From: a bacterium
Lineage (GTDB): Bacteria; Patescibacteriota; Minisyncoccia; Phycocordibacterales; Phycocordibacteraceae
Direction of reading: 5' to 3'
Length of the DNA: 64,000 bases
NCBI GenBank assembly: GCA_021802705.1
Contig: JAJZRL010000004.1
Span: 13,862 to 77,861 of the forward strand
Below are positions 1-9,714 of this stretch, in pieces. The number at the start of each line of letters is the position of its first letter. Within the stretch, counting starts at the first letter, position 1. A program made the translations under genes and the position numbers. The notes beneath the pieces are model-generated. The model was not told where the DNA came from. It worked only from the letters and a program-made list of their open reading frames with translations, and did not search any database.

Positions 1-1219
1 AAAGGCCGAGGTGAAGCAGGTCGCTTCGATTTCGGCGGAATCCGAAGTGCTCGGAAGCATCATCGCCGAGGCGGTCGAAAAGGTCGGCAGCAGCGGCGTC
101 GTCACCGTCGAGGAGTCGCAAGGAACCGAGCTCTCCTATGACATCGTCGAAGGATTGGAGATTGATAAAGGGTATGTCTCGCCCTATATGGTCACGAACC
201 CTGAACGGATGGAAGCGGAGATGAAAGATGCGGCTATCCTGCTCACCGATAAGAAAATCGGGAACATACAGGAAATCCTGCCGCTTCTTGAAAAGGTCGC
301 TCAGTCGGGAAAGAAAGAGCTCGTCATCGTCGCTGACGATGTCGAGGGGGATGCGCTCGCGACGTTCGTCGTCAACAAGCTGCGAGGCGCCTTCAACGTG
401 CTTGCCGTAAAAGCGCCGGGCTACGGCGACCGGAAAAAGGACATGCTTGCCGATATCGCGACAGTCGTCGGCGGACAGATTATCTCCGACGAAGTCGGTA
501 TCAAATTCGAGAACGCGACGCTCGGCATGCTCGGGAAAGCCGCCCGCGTGGTCGCGACGAAGGATTCGACGACCATTGTCGGAGGAAAGGGGAAGAAGGC
601 GGACATCACTGCGCGTATCGGGCAGTTGAAAGCGCAAGCGGAGCTCACGGAATCGAAATTCGATAAAGAGAAGCTCGAAGAACGCATCGCGAAGCTCTCC
701 GGCGGCGTTGCGGTCATATCGGTCGGCGCCGCGACCGAGACGGAGATGAAATACCTGAAAGACAAGATTGACGACGCGGTGAAGGCGACGAAAGCCTCTA
801 TCGAGGAGGGGATCGTCCCCGGCGGCGGCACGGCTCTCGCCAAGGTCGCCAAGAAGATTTCCGCGAACGAAGGCAAGATGTCTGCGGATGAAGCCGCCGG
901 TTTCGCTATCGTCGTGAGCGCTCTTGAGAAGCCGCTCACCCAGATAGCCATCAATGCCGGCAAAGACGATGCCGCAGTCATCGTTTCGAAAGTACAGGCG
1001 GGGAAGGCGAATGCCGGTTACGACGCGATTTCAGACGAGATCGTCGACGACATGCTCGCGAAGGGCATCGTCGATCCGGCAAAGATGCCGCGTATGGCGC
1101 TTGAGAATGCCGTTTCCGCTGCGGCGATGCTGCTTACGACCGAAGCGGCGGTTGCCGACATTCCGGAACCGAAGAAGGAGATGCCGGCAGGCGGCGGGAT
1201 GGACGGGATGGGGTTCTAA
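1..1219 (+). CDS. groL: chaperonin GroEL, C-terminal ~400 aa (5' end lies outside window)
   Basis: Open frame continues from position 2; GroEL motifs (AAVEEGIVPGGG) and characteristic C-terminal GGM tail (GGGMDGMGF). Confidence 0.95.
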   Translation, partial: KAEVKQVASISAESEVLGSIIAEAVEKVGSSGVVTVEESQGTELSYDIVEGLEIDKGYVSPYMVTNPERMEAEMKDAAILLTDKKIGNIQEILPLLEKVAQSGKKELVIVADDVEGDALATFVVNKLRGAFNVLAVKAPGYGDRKKDMLADIATVVGGQIISDEVGIKFENATLGMLGKAARVVATKDSTTIVGGKGKKADITARIGQLKAQAELTESKFDKEKLEERIAKLSGGVAVISVGAATETEMKYLKDKIDDAVKATKASIEEGIVPGGGTALAKVAKKISANEGKMSADEAAGFAIVVSALEKPLTQIAINAGKDDAAVIVSKVQAGKANAGYDAISDEIVDDMLAKGIVDPAKMPRMALENAVSAAAMLLTTEAAVADIPEPKKEMPAGGGMDGMGF

Positions 1220-1265
1220 AACAGAACGAGGGAGAATAAAACGGCGGCGCACCTGCGCCGCCATT

Positions 1266-2003
1266 TTATTCTCCGAGCGTCTCGTTGTAGCGTATGACTT
1301 CCCACCCGCGCGTCGCTGAGAAAATCTTCCACGGATGGAATTCGCAAATAGTGATACCGGCGTTATCCGAGGCATTGAAGAACGAGAGCTTCACGTAATC
1401 GGCGGCGTGGAGGCGTTTGCGGTAGAGCAAGTAGGCGACAAACATCTTCAGGAAGATGCTGTGGGTTACGACGCAGACATCGCGCTTATGCTGGTACGAA
1501 AGGTATGCGAGCGCCCTCCGCGCCCGCTTCTTAAGGTCTTCGAAATTCTCTTCGTCCGAGAAACGGTATGCGTCGTCGTGATACGCGCGATCTATCTGGT
1601 CGACGATAGGCACGACCTCCGGATCATCAGCCGGTTTGCCGACTATTTCGCTCGGGTTTCGACGTTCTTCGAAAAGCGCCGAGTAGATGATCGGTACCTT
1701 GAGGTACTGGTTGATGATGTCCGCGGTTTCCCGCGTCCGTTCGTAAGGGCTTGCGATGATGCGCTTGATAGGAAAGCGCGCAAGGTAACGCCCGACCCGT
1801 TCCGTCTGATGCTTCCCGTTTTCCGAAAGCCCGCCATCCGGGCCTTGGCGGATGTGTTCGGCATTCAGGATGGTTTCGCCGTGGCGCACGAGATAAAAGC
1901 GCCGCGGCCGCAAGAGGATCGAGAGGATGAACCCGACCGAAATCAGGAACAGCGCGATGAAAAGCGGCTCAAACGCGGTAAGGATGATGGAAAGCGACGG
2001 CAT
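1266..2003 (-). CDS. histidine phosphatase (phosphoglycerate mutase-like) family protein with N-terminal TM anchor
   Basis: RHG catalytic motif (LVRHGETILN) of His-phosphatase superfamily; hydrophobic N-terminus. Confidence 0.75.
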   Translation of the reverse strand: MPSLSIILTAFEPLFIALFLISVGFILSILLRPRRFYLVRHGETILNAEHIRQGPDGGLSENGKHQTERVGRYLARFPIKRIIASPYERTRETADIINQYLKVPIIYSALFEERRNPSEIVGKPADDPEVVPIVDQIDRAYHDDAYRFSDEENFEDLKKRARRALAYLSYQHKRDVCVVTHSIFLKMFVAYLLYRKRLHAADYVKLSFFNASDNAGITICEFHPWKIFSATRGWEVIRYNETLGE

Positions 2004-2055
2004 ATGTCGTCTCTCAGTATAGCCGACGTGTTACACTTATGCCTATCGTTTTAGT

Positions 2056-2229
2056 ATGAATGGCAAATCGCTCATCTGGGGCGGGATGGTTGTCGGATCG
2101 ACCGTCGGAAGCATCGTGCCGTATTTTTGGAACGGCGGCGTTCTTTCCTATACGCTTTGGAGCGCCATCGGCGGCTTCATCGGCATCTATCTCGGCTTCA
2201 AGCTCGCCAAAGCGACCGGCGCGCTATAA
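2056..2229 (+). CDS. small Gly-rich membrane protein (57 aa; GlsB/YeaQ/YmgE-like)
   Basis: ATG ORF below ORF-track size cutoff: MNGKSLIWGGMVVGSTVGSIVPYFWNGGVLSYTLWSAIGGFIGIYLGFKLAKATGAL; two Gly-zipper helices; coordinates +/-1. Confidence 0.5.
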   Translation: MNGKSLIWGGMVVGSTVGSIVPYFWNGGVLSYTLWSAIGGFIGIYLGFKLAKATGAL

Positions 2230-2703
2230 CCAGCGTCTCACGCTCAAGCGGTACCGGCGGTACTCTTCGCCGAACTTCTTTTCAAGGTATGCCTCTTCGC
2301 GCGCAATGACCTTGAACCGTATGAGTGCGAGGATAGGGATCAGCATGAGAAGCATCCAGAATGCGTTGAACCACGAAGTTGCGCCGAAAGAGAAGAGCGT
2401 CATGGAAAGATAGATCGGATTGCGGCTGAAACGGTACGGGCCGCTCGTTACGATGGCCGTTGTCGGCCGGCGCACATCCATGTTCGTTTTCGCGTTTCGA
2501 AGCGCGCGCGCCGCCGCGGCGATAAGCGCGAGAGAAACCGCCATAAGCGCCGCTCCGATCGGGTAGGCGAAACGCTCCGGCAAAAACGGGAAAGGGAAGA
2601 TCTCGTTCAGGAGCAGTCCGAGAGCGAGTCCGCCCGCATAGATGAACGGGGGCGGCAGAATGACTTTCGGCGAATCAGGCGGAGCGGTTTCGTTTGGATG
2701 CAT
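2224..2703 (-). CDS. isoprenylcysteine carboxyl methyltransferase (ICMT/PEMT) family membrane methyltransferase
   Basis: C-terminal consensus RxEExxLxxxFGxxYxxY (REEAYLEKKFGEEYRRYR) and several TM helices. Confidence 0.75.
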   Translation of the reverse strand: MHPNETAPPDSPKVILPPPFIYAGGLALGLLLNEIFPFPFLPERFAYPIGAALMAVSLALIAAAARALRNAKTNMDVRRPTTAIVTSGPYRFSRNPIYLSMTLFSFGATSWFNAFWMLLMLIPILALIRFKVIAREEAYLEKKFGEEYRRYRLSVRRWL

Positions 2704-2760
2704 AGGTATATCGTATATATTTTACAGCATTATATTTTGCCCGCCGATGTCTCTCGTCAT

Positions 2761-2790
2761 AAAAACTCCCGCAGGAAGCGGGAGTTTTTA
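2761..2790. terminator. intrinsic terminator-like hairpin (AAAAACTCCCGC-AGGA-GCGGGAGTTTTT), potentially bidirectional
   Basis: perfect 12-bp stem flanked by A-run and T-run, seen directly. Confidence 0.6.
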
Positions 2791-2796
2791 ACAAGA

Positions 2797-2988
2797 TCAT
2801 TCGGTATCGGATCGAGGGTGTTTTTCGCGAAACCTGTCACTCGCTCCGCACGCTATGTAATAACAAACAAGCTCGTCCTCATTCGGTTCATGCCCAAGAA
2901 CGAGCCCTGCGCCCCATCGATTGAGAGGGCTTAGTATTTCGATTCTCTGGAGAGCTAGATACTCTTCGAGCGTCAGACCTGTTTTCAT
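2797..2988 (-). CDS. hypothetical small protein (63 aa)
   Basis: ORF only; ends just upstream of hairpin at 2761-2790. Confidence 0.3.
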   Translation of the reverse strand: MKTGLTLEEYLALQRIEILSPLNRWGAGLVLGHEPNEDELVCYYIACGASDRFREKHPRSDTE

Positions 2989-3179
2989 CGAGAGTCTCCT
3001 TTCGTCAACAACTCACGGTACTGCTTTCCGTAGCGTAGCACCCCGTTGCGTAATTTCAATAACCTTGTTGTGCAACTCTTTATCGTTCCTGACCATTCTT
3101 CCGCCGTGCTTCGCGTCGCGATCCTCTTTCAGCGTTCAGTTCGAATCTTGGCGGGATCGAAGATATAATTCAAATATGT

Positions 3180-5081
3180 ATGGAAGATAACCACGCTCAT
3201 CATCACGACAGGCATGCCAGTCATCATGCCGCCGATTTTCTAAAGAAATTCTGGGTCGCGCTGGTGCTCTGCGTTCCTATCTTTTTCTACTCCGAAATGG
3301 CGCGGTCTGTGTTCGGCATACAAGGACCATCGTTCTCTGGTTCGGAATACGTCGGCCTGGTATTGGGCTCGATCGTTTTCTTTTATTGCGGCTGGGTCTT
3401 TCTCAAAAGCTCATATGGCGAATTGAAAGACAGGCAACCGGGCATGATGACACTAATCGCGCTCGCGATCACAGCGGCGTACCTCTACAGCTTTGTTTCC
3501 GTCACGGAAGGCACGCGCCATGACCTTCTCTTCGAGCTCTCTTCCCTGATTGCCATCATGCTTCTTGGGCACTGGATCGAGATGCGATCGGTTCAGGGAG
3601 CGCAAGGGGCGCTGAAAGAGCTCGCGAGACTCCTGCCGGACACAGCAGAAGTGATAAGAAACGGAAACGTGCGAAGCATCTCGCTCAATGAACTGGAAGC
3701 CGGCGATAGGATACTCGTTCGGCCCGGCGCAAAAGTCCCTGCGGACGGCGAAATTATAGAAGGCCAATCCGAGCTGAACGAGTCGATCATCACCGGCGAG
3801 TCAAAGCCGGTGTCAAAATCCGAAGGCATGAAAGCTATTGCCGGCTCCATAAACGGCGACGGAAGCCTGACCATCAAAGTCACCGGCATTGGCGAGGGCA
3901 CGTTCCTTGCGGGAGTGATGCGGTTAGTTGCCGACGCACAAGCATCCAAATCACGCCTCCAGATGCTTTCGGACCAAGCGGCTTTTTATTTAACCCTCAT
4001 TACTGTTGGAGCAGGAGCGCTAACGTTTATTGCCTGGATCATTGCACAAGCGGGTATCGGAACAGCAACCGAGCGGCTTATTGCCGTACTCGTCATCGCG
4101 TGCCCGCATGCATTGGGCCTCGCTATCCCGCTTGTCGCCGCAATATCGACGGCCATGGCTGCTCGCAACGGCTTGCTTATCAGAGAACGTCGGGCGCTGG
4201 AATCCGCGAGGAACATCGATACTGTGCTCTTTGACAAAACAGGAACACTCACCGAAGGCGTATTTGCCGTTACGTCTTTGAGTTCTGATGAAGCCCTCGC
4301 TCTCGCCGCAGCGGTTGAAACTCATTCGGAACATCCGATTGCGAAAGCGGTCGTCATGGAAGCAAAAGCGCGCGGCCTTGCCGTCGGAGATGCTCAGAAT
4401 TTCAAACGCATCGCTGGCGCCGGGGTTCAGGCAGAAGTGGAAGGTAGAACGGTCTTCGTCGGTCAGCGCAGCGGCGAGGATATTGTCGTGGAAATCGATG
4501 GAAAGAACGCCGGCAGTATTACCGTCGCAGACAAGGTGCGCCCTGAAGCTAAGGAAGCGATCGCTTCCTTGAAGCACATGAACGTGCAAGTTGCCATGAT
4601 TACCGGCGATTCTCAAGAAGTCGCACGAGACGTCGCCAGGCAGCTCGGCATACAAGAGTACTTTTCGCGCGCGCGGCCGGAGGAGAAAGCCGAAAAGGTG
4701 AAACTTCTACAATCGCAAGGTAAGAAGGTTGCTATGGTTGGCGATGGCGTGAACGACGCTCCCGCATTAACACAAGCCGACATTGGCATCGCCATAGGCG
4801 CTGGCACGAATGTGGCTATTGAATCGGCAGGAATAATTCTGGTACGGAGTGATCCACGCGACATCCCGAAGATTTTTTTACTCTCGCGCCTCACGTACCG
4901 TAAGATGATCCAAAATCTATTTTGGGCTACCGGTTATAATGTCGTGGCGATCCCGTTGGCGGCAGGGGTACTGGCGTTTAAGGGTGTCGTGTTACAGCCG
5001 GCTCTGGCTGCGATTTTTATGTCTGCTAGCACGGTTATCGTTGCAGCCAACGCAATGCTATTACGGAATCAGAAGTTCTAA
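3180..5081 (+). CDS. copB: heavy-metal (copper) translocating P1B-type ATPase, CopB-like (CPH subtype), His-rich N-terminus
   Basis: DKTGTLT phosphorylation motif, GDGVNDAPAL hinge, TM6 CPH motif ([10 protein letters not shown]), N-terminal HAHHHDRHASHH. Confidence 0.9.
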   Translation: MEDNHAHHHDRHASHHAADFLKKFWVALVLCVPIFFYSEMARSVFGIQGPSFSGSEYVGLVLGSIVFFYCGWVFLKSSYGELKDRQPGMMTLIALAITAAYLYSFVSVTEGTRHDLLFELSSLIAIMLLGHWIEMRSVQGAQGALKELARLLPDTAEVIRNGNVRSISLNELEAGDRILVRPGAKVPADGEIIEGQSELNESIITGESKPVSKSEGMKAIAGSINGDGSLTIKVTGIGEGTFLAGVMRLVADAQASKSRLQMLSDQAAFYLTLITVGAGALTFIAWIIAQAGIGTATERLIAVLVIACPHALGLAIPLVAAISTAMAARNGLLIRERRALESARNIDTVLFDKTGTLTEGVFAVTSLSSDEALALAAAVETHSEHPIAKAVVMEAKARGLAVGDAQNFKRIAGAGVQAEVEGRTVFVGQRSGEDIVVEIDGKNAGSITVADKVRPEAKEAIASLKHMNVQVAMITGDSQEVARDVARQLGIQEYFSRARPEEKAEKVKLLQSQGKKVAMVGDGVNDAPALTQADIGIAIGAGTNVAIESAGIILVRSDPRDIPKIFLLSRLTYRKMIQNLFWATGYNVVAIPLAAGVLAFKGVVLQPALAAIFMSASTVIVAANAMLLRNQKF

Positions 5082-5186
5082 AGTTCGAATCCCTTCACGG
5101 GTGGCTAGATTTCCTAAAATTGTACTGCGTAATAACGGTCTAGGATAAAGGATATCGGGTCTGTCTGATACAAAAGTCTTCGGGCG

Positions 5187-5267
5187 GTGAGATATTAGCC
5201 TTCGCTTTCAAGCCACCACGCGCTCGGCGCGTGCGAAGAAGGTTCGAGCGAAGGCTAATATCTCACC
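5187..5267. repeat. perfect 20-bp inverted repeat (GGTGAGATATTAGCCTTCGC / GCGAAGGCTAATATCTCACC) with 41-nt GC-rich spacer
   Basis: seen directly; lies between copB stop and the GC-rich ATPase gene. Confidence 0.8.
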
Positions 5268-5343
5268 GCAGATTGAAACTTCCTCGGGACTGAGGGCCGT
5301 GCAGATCGAGCGGGTAAGGTGTCTCATGCTATGATGAGAGGCG

Positions 5344-7731
5344 ATGCAAGCGGAAGCGTCGAGAGCGGCCGCCGATGATTCGGCGGAGAGTGGCGCGTAT
5401 GCGGGGCTGCAGACCATAGCACTTGATGCCCTGCGCGCGCAGTACGGCTACAACGAGCTGCCGGAATTCCGCGAGAACCCGCTCCTCCTCTACCTGAAGA
5501 ATTTCTGGGGGCCGCTCCCCTGGCTCATGGAGCTCATGGTCGTGGTGACGTTCGTCTCGGGGAGCCGGGTGGAGGCGCTCATCATCATCGCGCTCCTCCT
5601 CACAAACAGCGGCATCAACATCCTTGAGCGCCGTTCTGCAGATCGGGCCCTCGCGACCCTGCGCGAGGCCATCCAGGTCACCGCGCGTGTGTGGCGCGAT
5701 GGGGCGTGGGCGGTCATCCCTGCGCGCGAGCTCCTCCCCGGGGATGTCATCCGCGCGCGGGCGGGAGACGTCGTTCCGGCGGATGCGGTGCTCCTTGCAG
5801 GAGCAGTGAGTGTGGACGCTTCAAGCCTCACCGGCGAGTCGCTTCCGGACGATCTCGACGCGGGCGATCCCGCGTACTCGGGAAGCATCGTCCGGCGCGG
5901 CGAAGCGACCGCGCGCGTGACGGCGATCGGCAGGGAGACGCGATATGCGCAGACGACCGAGCTCCTCGAGACAGCCCACCCGCCGACTCACATGGAGAAG
6001 GTTATCTTCGCCGTCATCCGGTACTTCTTCCTCATGAACGTTCTCGTCGCAATCGGCATTACGGTCTTCGGCGTCGCCGTACACGCGCCGGCGATCGAGA
6101 TCGTAAACTACGTCATCGTTCTCCTCATGATGTCGGTGCCGATCGCGTTCCCGACCATGTTTGTAGTGGCGCAGACCTACGGCGCCCTGCAGCTTAGTAC
6201 GGACGGCGCCGGCGTGCGGGACGCGGGCAAGCGGGCGCTCACCCGCCGGCTCGGGGCGGTGCAGGAGGCGGCCGTCATGGACGTCCTCTGCAGCGACAAG
6301 ACCGGGACGCTCACGAAAAATGAGCTCGCGGTTGCCGCCGTCACGCACTATGGAGACTGTGATGAGAGGCGCGTACTCGCGCTTGCCGCCGCAGCGAGCG
6401 ATACGGAGGGCGGGGATGCCATAGATCAGGCGGTGCTCGCCCGCGCGGCCGAAGCGACCGCGCGCGTGCCCGAACGGGAAAGCTTCACGCCGTTCGACTC
6501 GTCGACCAAGCGCACGAGCGCCGTCGTCGTCGAAGCGGACGGGCGGCGCGAGGTGACGCTCGGGCTTGCAGACCTGCTGCTCGGCCCCGACGTGCGTTTC
6601 GCCGACGCCGCGCTTGAGGACGTCGCTGCGATGAGCGCCCGTGGGCTGCGGGTGCTCGCACTCGTCGTCTCTGACGAGCGGGGCGGGAAAGCCTGCGCGG
6701 GCCTCGTGGGACTCCACGACCCGATCCGCCCGGACGCACCCGCGCTCATCCGCGAGCTTTCCGAGCTCGGGATCCGGGTGGTTATGATCACAGGCGACGG
6801 GCGGATCACGGCGGAAGCCGTCGCCCGGGAGCTCGGCCTTGCGGGCGAAGTCTTCACGCCGGCAGACCTCAAGGAGCATCCAGGCATCGCGCTCTCCGGC
6901 GCGGTCTTTGCCGAAGCATACCCCGAAGACAAGCTTGTCATCATCGAGGCGCTCCAGAAGGCCGGCCACGTGGTCGGCATGACCGGCGACGGGGTGAACG
7001 ACGCGCCTGCTCTGCACCGCGCTGAGGTGGGCATCGCCGTGCTCGGAGCGACCGAGGTGGCAAAACAGGCAGCGAGCTTCATCCTGACGAGCGCGGGTCT
7101 CGAGGGGGTCCGGCGAGTGGTGACGGCCGGCCGGCGGGTGTACGTGCGCATCCACACGTGGGTGCTCAACAAGGTCGTGAAGTCCGTGGAGTCGCTTTTC
7201 ATCGCAACGGTCATCTTTGTGCTCACCCATGCCTACATCCTCTCGCCGCTCCTTGCTATCCTCATCCTCCTCTCGAACGATTTCGTAACGATCGCCATTG
7301 CCGCCGATCACACGCGTCCCTTGGCGCGGCCGGCTCGGTGGGACATCCCGCACCTCGTCGCCGGATCGTTCCTCGTCGCCACCGTGCCATACGCGTGCAC
7401 CATGGGCCTCTATCTGTTCGCCGCGCATGAGGGGTATCCGTTCGAGACGATACGCACGGTGGCGTACGTTTCGCTCATCTACCTCGGAGCAACGACCTTG
7501 CTCGCCGTGCGCGCCTGGCCGTTCGGCTGGAGCGTCCGCCCGAAAGGCATCCTCGTCGCCGCGCTCGTCTTCTCGCTCGTCTTCTCGTCGGTAGTGGCCG
7601 GATTCGGTATCTTCATCGCACCTCTGCCACTGGTCTTCTTCCCGCTTATCATCGCGCTGTCCGTCGCAAGCTTCTTCCTGATCGAGCTCGTCAAACGCGC
7701 TGCGTTCGTTCGGAGGTCTATCGGCGCATGA
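5344..7731 (+). CDS. P3A-type plasma-membrane H+-ATPase-like P-type ATPase
   Basis: N-terminal region YGYNELPEFRENPLLLYLKNFWGPLPWLMELM parallels AHA-type FGPNKLEEKKE..FLGFMWNPLSWVME; [31 protein letters not shown]; markedly GC-richer than neighbours. Confidence 0.85.
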   Translation: MQAEASRAAADDSAESGAYAGLQTIALDALRAQYGYNELPEFRENPLLLYLKNFWGPLPWLMELMVVVTFVSGSRVEALIIIALLLTNSGINILERRSADRALATLREAIQVTARVWRDGAWAVIPARELLPGDVIRARAGDVVPADAVLLAGAVSVDASSLTGESLPDDLDAGDPAYSGSIVRRGEATARVTAIGRETRYAQTTELLETAHPPTHMEKVIFAVIRYFFLMNVLVAIGITVFGVAVHAPAIEIVNYVIVLLMMSVPIAFPTMFVVAQTYGALQLSTDGAGVRDAGKRALTRRLGAVQEAAVMDVLCSDKTGTLTKNELAVAAVTHYGDCDERRVLALAAAASDTEGGDAIDQAVLARAAEATARVPERESFTPFDSSTKRTSAVVVEADGRREVTLGLADLLLGPDVRFADAALEDVAAMSARGLRVLALVVSDERGGKACAGLVGLHDPIRPDAPALIRELSELGIRVVMITGDGRITAEAVARELGLAGEVFTPADLKEHPGIALSGAVFAEAYPEDKLVIIEALQKAGHVVGMTGDGVNDAPALHRAEVGIAVLGATEVAKQAASFILTSAGLEGVRRVVTAGRRVYVRIHTWVLNKVVKSVESLFIATVIFVLTHAYILSPLLAILILLSNDFVTIAIAADHTRPLARPARWDIPHLVAGSFLVATVPYACTMGLYLFAAHEGYPFETIRTVAYVSLIYLGATTLLAVRAWPFGWSVRPKGILVAALVFSLVFSSVVAGFGIFIAPLPLVFFPLIIALSVASFFLIELVKRAAFVRRSIGA

Positions 7732-7865
7732 GTCCGCGCTTCGGGCCCCGCACCCGACGCTGCAACCCGGTGTTTCCGCGAGTTCTAGAGGGTAGAACAG
7801 CACCTATTGAGGGTCGCAACAAAACCTCGGCATTGCGGGAACACGCCGATAATAAGTTGTCAATG

Positions 7866-7952
7866 CGGAGACGGTGGGATTCGAACCCACGAGAGGATTT
7901 CTCCCCTGCCTCATTAGCAGCGAGGTGCTTTCGACCACTCAGCCACGTCTCC
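7866..7952 (-). tRNA. tRNA-Ser (anticodon GCU), long variable arm
   Basis: reverse complement GGAGACGTGGCTGAGTGGTCGAAAGC...anticodon loop CTGCTAA...T-arm GGGTTCGAATCCCACC; 87 nt. Confidence 0.85.
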
Positions 7953-7972
7953 GTAGGGCAAGGATAACAGAC

Positions 7973-8587
7973 TTAATGAGCGAGGGCGAGCGGGATGACA
8001 TGTCTTGCCCCGGCTGCTATAAGCGCGTCGATAGCTTCTTGAAGGGTTGCGCCGGTAGTAAGGACGTCGTCAAGGATGATGTAGGTGTAAGAGGGGTCGG
8101 CCTTGCGGACAGCCTTGAAGGCGTCTCGTACGTTTTCTTTGCGCGCAGCTCGGGAGAGTGTCGTTTGTGATTCCGTGTCGCGGACGCGCGTAAGGAGCGT
8201 CGTTTCTACGAGCATGCCGCCGGCCTTCTCTGCGGCACGCCGCGCGACTTCCTCGACCTGGTTATATCCGCGCATCCTGCGCCGCTTCTTGCTAAGCGGG
8301 ATCGGTATGATCGAGAATGTGCAGAAATCCGCTTCGTCGATCATGAGCAGGTATTCGGCGAGAGTGTCGGCGAGAAGATCGAAAGCGCGTTCGTTGCCGT
8401 GGTATTTCGCTTCATGGATAGCGGCCCGCACGCGAGTATCGGAGAAGGGAAGGAGCGCGGTTGCGGGTGGTCGCGTATCGGGAACCTGGCGCGGATCCAG
8501 AAGCGCCGCAAAGTCGTCGGGCGCGAGGCCGCGGAGCGCCTTCTCGTCCGCGCGCGGAGGGAAAAGGATGTCAAGCCAGCGCAGCAT
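7973..8587 (-). CDS. ComF family phosphoribosyltransferase-domain protein
   Basis: C-terminal PRTase motif YIILDDVLTTGATL. Confidence 0.75.
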   Translation of the reverse strand: MLRWLDILFPPRADEKALRGLAPDDFAALLDPRQVPDTRPPATALLPFSDTRVRAAIHEAKYHGNERAFDLLADTLAEYLLMIDEADFCTFSIIPIPLSKKRRRMRGYNQVEEVARRAAEKAGGMLVETTLLTRVRDTESQTTLSRAARKENVRDAFKAVRKADPSYTYIILDDVLTTGATLQEAIDALIAAGARHVIPLALAH

Positions 8588-8601
8588 GATATCATTCTTA
8601 C

Positions 8602-9681
8602 ATGTCCGGACTTTCGTTTTTCGCTAATCTCTTTGGGAAAAAGGAAGAGAGCGTCCTTGGCGTCGATATCGGCTCCTCGTCTTTGAAGGTCGTGCAGCTT
8701 CGGAAAAAGCAAGGGCGGGTCGTGCTTGAAACCTATGGCGAACTCGCGCTCGGTCCTTACGGCGGCGCGGAAGTAGGGCAAGCGATGAACCTCTCCGCCG
8801 AGCAGATTACCGAAACGCTCAAGGACTTGCTGCGCGAAGCGAAAGTGACGGCAAAGAGCTGCGGCGTTTCGATACCGTTCGCCCGGTCCCTCCTCACGCT
8901 CGTTGAGCTTCCTTATCGCAAGGATCCGCGAGAGCAGAAGACCGTCATCGAGCTCGAAGCGAGGAAATATATCCCTGTGCCAGTGAGCGAGATACAGCTC
9001 GACTGGTTCATCGTTCCCGAGGAAGACCCGTCGCAGAACGCTCCCAAAGAAAAGATCGACGTGCTTATCGTCGCCGTCCACAATGACGAGCTGAAGTTCC
9101 TTCAGAGCGTTATCACGGGCGCGCATCTCGCGGCGAGCTTCTATGAGATCGAGATTTTCAGCACTATCCGTGCGGCTGTCGGGGAGCAGGTGAAGCCGGT
9201 CATGATCCTTGATATCGGCGCCGCTTCGACGAAAACGTACGTAGTCGAGCACGGGGTCGTGGCGCTTTCGCACGCCATAAGCGTCGGGAGCCAGGATATC
9301 ACCCGCGCTATCGCGGTTTCCGGCAATCTTCCCATCGCCCGTGCGGAAGTGCTTAAAAAAGAAAAAGGCCTTGAAGGGGGCGAATCGCTGAGCTCCCTCG
9401 AGCTCGTCTTCTCTCGAATCTTTTCGGAAGTGCGGCGTGTGCTCATACAGTATGAGACGGCTCATAAGAAATCCATCACATCGATCGTGCTTACCGGCGG
9501 CGGTGGTATCACGAAAGCGCTCGACGATTACGCGAAAAGCATCTTTTCGATCGACGTGCATGTCGCGGATCCGTTCTCGAAAACGGAGGCGCCGGCCTTC
9601 ATGCGGTCGGTTCTCGAAGAGATCGGTCCCGAGTTCGCGGTTGCCGTCGGACTCGCGCTTCGCAAGCTCGAGGAGATGTAG
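8602..9681 (+). CDS. pilM: type IV pilus assembly protein PilM (actin-like ATPase)
   Basis: N-terminus GVDIGSSSLKVVQL, size and position at head of pil cluster. Confidence 0.85.
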   Translation: MSGLSFFANLFGKKEESVLGVDIGSSSLKVVQLRKKQGRVVLETYGELALGPYGGAEVGQAMNLSAEQITETLKDLLREAKVTAKSCGVSIPFARSLLTLVELPYRKDPREQKTVIELEARKYIPVPVSEIQLDWFIVPEEDPSQNAPKEKIDVLIVAVHNDELKFLQSVITGAHLAASFYEIEIFSTIRAAVGEQVKPVMILDIGAASTKTYVVEHGVVALSHAISVGSQDITRAIAVSGNLPIARAEVLKKEKGLEGGESLSSLELVFSRIFSEVRRVLIQYETAHKKSITSIVLTGGGGITKALDDYAKSIFSIDVHVADPFSKTEAPAFMRSVLEEIGPEFAVAVGLALRKLEEM

Positions 9682-9714
9682 AAGAAAGTTTTACACACGT
9701 GTCGCGCTCGAAGC

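Noticed and set aside
5821-7803. 660-aa ORF on the minus strand
   Set aside because: Antisense to the GC-rich P-type ATPase gene; long stop-free antisense frames are expected at this GC content, and the product is Arg/Asp/Glu-rich low complexity with no motifs.
8341-9561. 406-aa minus-strand ORF
   Set aside because: Antisense to the well-supported pilM gene; no recognisable domains.
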